Positions 27,215 to 32,000 of a DNA stretch of 32,000 nucleotides are shown in pieces. A program made the translations under genes and the position numbers. The stretch is from Vibrio alginolyticus NBRC 15630 = ATCC 17749 (GTDB lineage Bacteria > Pseudomonadota > Gammaproteobacteria > Enterobacterales > Vibrionaceae). How positions within the stretch are numbered: the stretch's first letter is position 1; every line of letters starts with the position of its first letter. The notes under the pieces are model-generated. The model ran no database searches. It saw only the letters and a list, made by a program, of their open reading frames with translations, and was not told where the DNA came from. The stretch lies in contig NC_022349.1 in assembly GCF_000354175.2 (NCBI RefSeq), forward strand, positions 1,080,001-1,112,000, given 5' to 3'.

Positions 27215-27231
27215 GCGGTGGTGTGCGTCTA

Positions 27232-27852
27232 CTATTCGAATGGTGCAGGGTCACCTGATCCCAAACGAACTACAACAGGTTCACCTTCGCTAAAGTCAAT
27301 TACAGTCGTAGGTTGTTCACCTAGGTAACCGCCATTAAGAATCACATCAACCGCATGTTCTAGTTTATCGCGAATATCCTCTGGATCAGATTCTGTTACG
27401 TCACTGCCAGGTAGAATCAACGACGTAGACATCATCGGCTCACCTAATGCTTCCAACAAGTCCAAGGCAATTTGATTGTCTGGGACACGGATACCGATGG
27501 TCTTACGTTTTGCATTCATCAAACGACGCGGCACCTCTTTTGTGCCTTTGAAGATGAAGGTGTAAGGACCTGGTGTGTTATTTTTCAGCAGTCGGAATGC
27601 AGAGTTATCCACTCGCGCATAGAGAGAAAGCTCCGACAAATCACGACACAGTAAAGTAAAGTTATGCTTATCATCCAGACGACGAATCTGACAGATTCGT
27701 TCCAGTGCCTGTTTGTTCTCCAACTGACAGCCAAGTGCATACCCTGAATCAGTAGGGTAAACCACAACGCCGCCGTTACGAATGATTGCTACTGCTTGAT
27801 TAATCAAGCGAGCCTGTGGGTTTTCTGGGTGAACGTAAAAAAACTGGCTCAT
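27232..27852 (-). CDS. yciO: YciO (Sua5/YrdC/YciO family, TsaC paralog)
   Basis: 206 aa. MSQFFYVHPENPQARLINQAVAIIRNGGVVVYPTDSGYALGC... is almost colinear with E. coli YciO. Confidence 0.93.
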   Translation of the reverse strand: MSQFFYVHPENPQARLINQAVAIIRNGGVVVYPTDSGYALGCQLENKQALERICQIRRLDDKHNFTLLCRDLSELSLYARVDNSAFRLLKNNTPGPYTFIFKGTKEVPRRLMNAKRKTIGIRVPDNQIALDLLEALGEPMMSTSLILPGSDVTESDPEDIRDKLEHAVDVILNGGYLGEQPTTVIDFSEGEPVVVRLGSGDPAPFE

Positions 27853-27911
27853 TGTAATTCCTCATTATCGAGCCTCTCGGCTCTATATTTTTATGGGTTC
27901 TCGACTTCGTA

Positions 27912-28769
27912 TTACTGAGTATTATTCAACGAAGGATCTATTCCCCAATCTTTCCAAACTGGTTCGACGCCAGCAGGCAACCATAGGTTCCTTCCTAGCT
28001 CCATCCACGGTGATGGGTAGTGAAAATCACTGCCTTGAGAGGCTAATAGTTTGTATTGTATAGCATAATCAGCCAAGTTGCGCCTTTCTTGTTGCGCTTG
28101 CTGTGGCTGTGCAACTTCCATCGCATCACCACCTGCTTCGACAAACGCTGCTAGAAGACGCTTAATCCACTTCGCTGTCAACTTATATCTGCCAGGATGC
28201 GCTAATACCGCCATTCCACCAGCCGCATGGATAGCATCAACCGCATCCTTCATCGAACACCAATTCGGTGGTACATAACCTGGGTTATTACGCGTTAGGT
28301 ATTTTTTAAACACCATTTGCATGGTTTTTGCGTAACCATTATCTACCAACCATTTCGCGAAATGCGCTCTTGTCACTGGAGCATCACCGGCGATTTGCCT
28401 TACCTCTTCAAGCACACCTACTCGAGTTGCTTTTTGTAGTCGCTCTGCAATTAACTCAGATCGTGTTATGCGATGCTGCTTCTGCTGTTCTATGAGGGCA
28501 GATAATTGTTCATTTTCCGGATCAATATTCAGGCCGACAATATGAATGTCTTTGTTTTGCCAGACGGTCGATATCTCAATGCCATTGATGATTTTTATCG
28601 GCAAATTATTATCTTGAACGTATTGCTTAGCTAACGCCAAACCGTCAACCGTATCGTGATCAGTGATCGCCAAAACCTCGATATCAAAACTCAGCGCCCT
28701 TTCCACTAAATCTTTAGGTTCTAACCGACCGTCCGATGCAGTGGTGTGACTATGTAAATCAATTCTCAT
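27912..28769 (-). CDS. trpH: PHP-domain phosphoesterase TrpH/YciV (RNase AM)
   Basis: 285 aa with PHP metal-binding motifs ([20 protein letters not shown]). It is divergent from the trp operon, as in E. coli. Confidence 0.9.
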   Translation of the reverse strand: MRIDLHSHTTASDGRLEPKDLVERALSFDIEVLAITDHDTVDGLALAKQYVQDNNLPIKIINGIEISTVWQNKDIHIVGLNIDPENEQLSALIEQQKQHRITRSELIAERLQKATRVGVLEEVRQIAGDAPVTRAHFAKWLVDNGYAKTMQMVFKKYLTRNNPGYVPPNWCSMKDAVDAIHAAGGMAVLAHPGRYKLTAKWIKRLLAAFVEAGGDAMEVAQPQQAQQERRNLADYAIQYKLLASQGSDFHYPSPWMELGRNLWLPAGVEPVWKDWGIDPSLNNTQ

Positions 28770-28798
28770 ATTTTTATCGTTTTAATGCCGTTTTGGGG

Positions 28799-28832
28799 TT
28801 GACTTTTTACCCTCGCACTAGTTAACTAGTAC
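28799..28832 (+). promoter_or_regulatory. trp promoter with embedded TrpR operator
   Basis: TTGACT (28799-28804), 17-nt spacer, TTAACT (28822-28827). The palindrome GCACTAGTTAACTAGTAC (28815-28832) is nearly identical to the E. coli trp operator (GAACTAGTTAACTAGTAC) and sits at the same position relative to the -10. Confidence 0.85.
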
Positions 28833-28864
28833 ACAAATACAAAGTACGTAATTTAAGGTTCACC

Positions 28865-28990
28865 ATGTTACAAGAATTTAACCAAAACCAAAAAGCGAAA
28901 GTTGCGGTTTGTCTTAATAAGGCAAACTCATCAGATCTTGCTTGGTGGCGCACTTGGACTAGTTCTTGGTGGGCAAACGTATACTTCTAG
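28865..28990 (+). CDS. trpL: trp operon leader peptide (41 codons, 5 Trp codons)
   Basis: Read by hand: MLQEFNQNQKAKVAVCLNKANSSDLAWWRTWTSSWWANVYF*. TGG codons are at 28943-28948, 28955-28957 and 28967-28972. It is below the ORF-track size cutoff. A terminator follows immediately. Confidence 0.9.
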   Translation: MLQEFNQNQKAKVAVCLNKANSSDLAWWRTWTSSWWANVYF

Positions 28991-29010
28991 TTTATAGAAC
29001 CAAACGTTGT

Positions 29011-29044
29011 AAAGCCCGCTACTTAAGCGGGCTTTTTTGTTTTG
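29011..29044 (+). terminator. trp attenuator (rho-independent terminator upstream of trpE)
   Basis: AGCCCGCT (29013-29020), loop ACTTA, AGCGGGCT (29026-29033), then TTTTTGTTTTG. It sits between trpL and trpE. Confidence 0.85.
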
Positions 29045-29166
29045 TTGCTCATTTCACATTCAACTGCCTAAACATTAATCGAATATAGCCAACTCTAGAT
29101 TGGGAGAACGTTTGCTTTATGCGACTATGTACGGCAGGAAGATTTAAACAGCTACAAGGAGGTCTT

Positions 29167-30732
29167 GTGAACAAGGCCATTGAAATTAAGAAACTTGGAC
29201 AGCTTGAAGTGCTAACGGCTTCCGTCCCTTATACTCAAGACCCGACTCGCTTGTTCCACACACTATGTGAGAACAAAACTGACAGCCTATTGCTGGAATC
29301 TGCTGAGATCGATTCAAAGCAAAATTTAAAATCCCTGCTGATCGTAGATTCAGCGGTTCGCATTGTTTGCTTCGGCCATACCGTTAGCATGCACGCCTTG
29401 AGCAATAACGGTAAAAACCTACTGTCTCACCTAAACCAGAACATCCGTGGTGACGTTGAGAGCAAGTTCGATGGCGAAACGCTAACTTTGCAGTTTAACC
29501 AGCCATGCGACACGTTAGATGAAGACTCTCGCCTACGTGAAGCCTCTTCTTTCGATGCGCTACGTTTGGTTCAGCATAGTTTTGATATTTCACAGCAAGA
29601 CAAACACGCAATTTTCCTTGGTGGTCTGTTTGCCTACGACTTAGTCGCAAACTTTGAGCCGCTTGGTAATGCCGAAGCAACAAATCAGTGTCCAGATTAC
29701 GTTTTCTACGTCGCGGAAACACTACTTGTTGTCGACCATCAAACGGAATCTTGCCAGCTTCAAGCGACGTTGTTTGTTGATGGTTCAGAGAAAACAGCGT
29801 TAGAGACTCGTATTGCAGAAATTAGCGCCCAGTGTGCAGCGCCAAAACTGTTGCCGAGTGCAGAGCAAATAACAGATGTAACGGTAGAACCTAGCGTGTC
29901 TGATGCAGACTTCTGCCAAACCGTTCGCGACTTAAAAGAGTTCGTAGTGAAAGGCGATGTATTCCAAGTTGTACCGTCTCGTAGATTCACTCTACCTTGT
30001 CCTTCTCCACTGGCGGCTTACAAAGAACTGAAACAAAGTAACCCAAGCCCTTACATGTTCTACATGCAAGATGAGCTGTTCACTCTGTTTGGCGCATCAC
30101 CTGAAAGCGCGCTTAAGTATGAAACCGATACCAACCAAATTGAAATCTACCCAATTGCAGGCACACGTCGCCGCGGTAAGCGCCCGAATGGAGAGATCGA
30201 TTTCGACCTAGATAGCCGCATCGAACTTGAACTACGCACCGACATGAAAGAAAACGCAGAACACATGATGTTGGTTGACTTGGCACGTAACGACGTCGCT
30301 CGTATTGCTCAAGCTGGCACTCGCCACGTAGCAGACCTTCTAAAAGTCGACCGTTACAGCCACGTGATGCACTTGGTATCACGCGTGGTTGGTCAACTGC
30401 GTGAAGACCTAGACGCGCTGCACGCATACCAAGCTTGTATGAACATGGGCACGCTCACTGGTGCACCAAAGATTCGCGCAATGCAGTTGATTCGCGATGT
30501 GGAAGGCGCACGTCGCGGTAGCTACGGCGGTGCGGTTGGTTACCTAACTGGTGAAGGCACACTCGACACGTGTATCGTCATTCGCTCAGCGTACGTTGAG
30601 AACGGCATTGCTCAAGTTCAAGCTGGTGCTGGCGTGGTGTTCGATTCTGATCCACAAGCAGAAGCAGACGAAACGCGCGGCAAAGCACAAGCGGTAATCT
30701 CTGCTATCCAAGCAGCGCATAAATCACAATAA
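29167..30732 (+). CDS. trpE: Anthranilate synthase component I
   Basis: Strong colinearity with E. coli TrpE (LLLESAEIDSKQNLKSLL, FQVVPSRRF, NPSPYMF, LVDLARND, GTLTGAPK). I place the start at GTG 29167, preceded by AAGGAGG, which gives 521 aa. The track's ATG at 29119 adds 16 non-homologous residues. Confidence 0.93.
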   Translation: MNKAIEIKKLGQLEVLTASVPYTQDPTRLFHTLCENKTDSLLLESAEIDSKQNLKSLLIVDSAVRIVCFGHTVSMHALSNNGKNLLSHLNQNIRGDVESKFDGETLTLQFNQPCDTLDEDSRLREASSFDALRLVQHSFDISQQDKHAIFLGGLFAYDLVANFEPLGNAEATNQCPDYVFYVAETLLVVDHQTESCQLQATLFVDGSEKTALETRIAEISAQCAAPKLLPSAEQITDVTVEPSVSDADFCQTVRDLKEFVVKGDVFQVVPSRRFTLPCPSPLAAYKELKQSNPSPYMFYMQDELFTLFGASPESALKYETDTNQIEIYPIAGTRRRGKRPNGEIDFDLDSRIELELRTDMKENAEHMMLVDLARNDVARIAQAGTRHVADLLKVDRYSHVMHLVSRVVGQLREDLDALHAYQACMNMGTLTGAPKIRAMQLIRDVEGARRGSYGGAVGYLTGEGTLDTCIVIRSAYVENGIAQVQAGAGVVFDSDPQAEADETRGKAQAVISAIQAAHKSQ

Positions 30733-30748
30733 GGAATAGGGTTCAGAG

Positions 30749-31357
30749 ATGGCTAATATCATTTTTATCGACAACTTTGACTCGTTCACCTACAACCTTG
30801 TGGATCAATTCCGCTCGCTAGGTCACTCAGTCAAGATTTACCGAAACAACATCCCAGCAGAAACCATTGAACAAGCGGTAAACGAGCTTGAAAACCCAGT
30901 GGTTCTGCTATCGCCAGGCCCAGGCGCACCGTCAGAGGCAGGCTCAATGCCAGAGCTTATCCAACGCATGAAAGGCAAAGTGCCGATGATCGGGATTTGT
31001 CTTGGTCACCAAGCGATTGTTGAAGCATACGGCGGCACCGTTGCTGGCGCAGGCGAAATCATTCACGGTAAGGTCTCTATGATGGAGCACCAAAACCATG
31101 CGATTTACCAAAACCTACCATCACCACTTGCGATTGCACGTTACCACTCGCTGGTTGCGACCAAGGTTCCTGAGAGCCTAACCATCACAGCAGAAGTGGA
31201 TGACTTGGTAATGTCTGTTGTACATGAAGAAGATAAAGTTTGCGGGTTCCAGTTCCACCCGGAATCTATTATGACGACCTACGGAGCAACACTGTTGGCC
31301 AATGCCATTGAATGGGCACTTGAAGAACAAACTTCAGCTAACCCACTCACTGCTTAA
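30749..31357 (+). CDS. trpG: Anthranilate synthase component II (glutamine amidotransferase), not fused to TrpD
   Basis: 202 aa with a class I GATase triad context (GICLGHQ, FQFHPES). Confidence 0.93.
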   Translation: MANIIFIDNFDSFTYNLVDQFRSLGHSVKIYRNNIPAETIEQAVNELENPVVLLSPGPGAPSEAGSMPELIQRMKGKVPMIGICLGHQAIVEAYGGTVAGAGEIIHGKVSMMEHQNHAIYQNLPSPLAIARYHSLVATKVPESLTITAEVDDLVMSVVHEEDKVCGFQFHPESIMTTYGATLLANAIEWALEEQTSANPLTA

Positions 31358-31393
31358 AAAGCACTGGCACATAAGAAATTTAGGAGAGGAAAT

Positions 31394-32000
31394 ATGGAAG
31401 CAATCATCAACCCTATTATTACCAAACTGTACGAGCAAGAATCGCTTACTCAAGAAGAGAGCCAACAGCTATTCGACATCATTATCCGTGGTGAGCTAGA
31501 CCCAATTTTGATGGCATCAGCGCTGACTGCACTAAAAATCAAAGGCGAAACACCAGATGAAATAGCAGGCGCGGCAAAAGCGCTGCTGGCAAATGCAAAC
31601 CCATTCCCTCGTCCAGATTATGATTTCGCGGATATCGTAGGTACTGGCGGCGACGGTCACAACACCATCAACATTTCAACCACTGCGGCGTTTGTTGCTG
31701 CAGCATGTGGTCTAAAAGTAGCGAAACACGGTAACCGCAGCGTTTCAAGCAAATCGGGTTCTTCTGACCTTCTTGATTCATTTGGTATCAACCTAGCTAT
31801 GAGCGCAGACGATACGCGCAAAGCGGTCGACGATATCGGTGTTGCTTTCCTATTTGCACCTCAGTACCACGGTGGTGTGCGCCATGCGATGCCAGTGCGT
31901 CAAACCATGAAAACGCGCACCATCTTTAACATTCTTGGCCCACTGATTAACCCTGCTCGTCCTAACATCGAATTGATGGGCGTTTACAGTGAAGAACTGG
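31394..32000 (+). CDS. trpD: Anthranilate phosphoribosyltransferase, N-terminal part (continues beyond right window edge)
   Basis: Absent from the ORF track because it is open at the edge. ATG at 31394 follows GGAGAGG. The translation reads [23 protein letters not shown]...[47 protein letters not shown], which includes the TrpD signature. Confidence 0.93.
   Translation, partial: MEAIINPIITKLYEQESLTQEESQQLFDIIIRGELDPILMASALTALKIKGETPDEIAGAAKALLANANPFPRPDYDFADIVGTGGDGHNTINISTTAAFVAAACGLKVAKHGNRSVSSKSGSSDLLDSFGINLAMSADDTRKAVDDIGVAFLFAPQYHGGVRHAMPVRQTMKTRTIFNILGPLINPARPNIELMGVYSEEL

Noticed and set aside
29119-29166. ATG-initiated 16-codon N-terminal extension of trpE in the ORF track
   Set aside because: The extension (MRLCTAGRFKQLQGGL) has no counterpart in TrpE. 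GTG at 29167 is preceded by a strong AAGGAGG and restores E. coli-like length and alignment.

Overview
This window reads as conserved core chromosome of a Vibrio-like gammaproteobacterium. That assignment is an inference from gene content: a fused Dat-Ddc protein next to nspC, separate trpG and trpD, and a Vibrio-type trp leader. Reading left to right, the genes are gyrA (5' end, minus, runs off the left edge), ubiG, nrdA-nrdB-yfaE, a CinA-like yfaY homolog, a signal-peptide DUF3943-like protein and a tandem-ACT (GcvR-like) protein. Next comes the norspermidine operon (dat/ddc fusion, carboxynorspermidine dehydrogenase, nspC, all minus strand). It is followed by the uvrY-uvrC-pgsA cluster and a four-gene tRNA operon (Cys-Gly-Leu-Gly), also minus strand. 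The rest is polB, a solitary nucleotidyltransferase-fold gene, yeiP(efpL)-yciU, rluB, a small orphan RTX-repeat protein, yciO, trpH and the start of the trp operon (trpL leader, trpE, trpG, trpD partial, runs off the right edge). Several regulatory sites can be read directly: a TrpR operator plus Trp-codon attenuator, a LexA box before polB, a DnaA box and tandem NrdR boxes before nrdA, a stringent-type tRNA promoter, and many rho-independent terminators. I do not see a convincing novel multi-gene system (no defence, mobile-element or secretion cluster). Four places deserve a second look. (1) A roughly 0.85 kb ORF-free spacer lies upstream of the norspermidine operon and contains a Fur-box-like site and paired hairpins. 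(2) A roughly 1.4 kb islet carrying an orphan 236-aa RTX protein is inserted, in the opposite orientation, into the otherwise conserved trpH-yciO-rluB synteny. (3) A solitary 255-aa nucleotidyltransferase gene has a stop codon that overlaps the polB stop codon. (4) yeiP and yciU are tightly coupled. All family assignments come from recognising motifs in the translations; no database search was possible.
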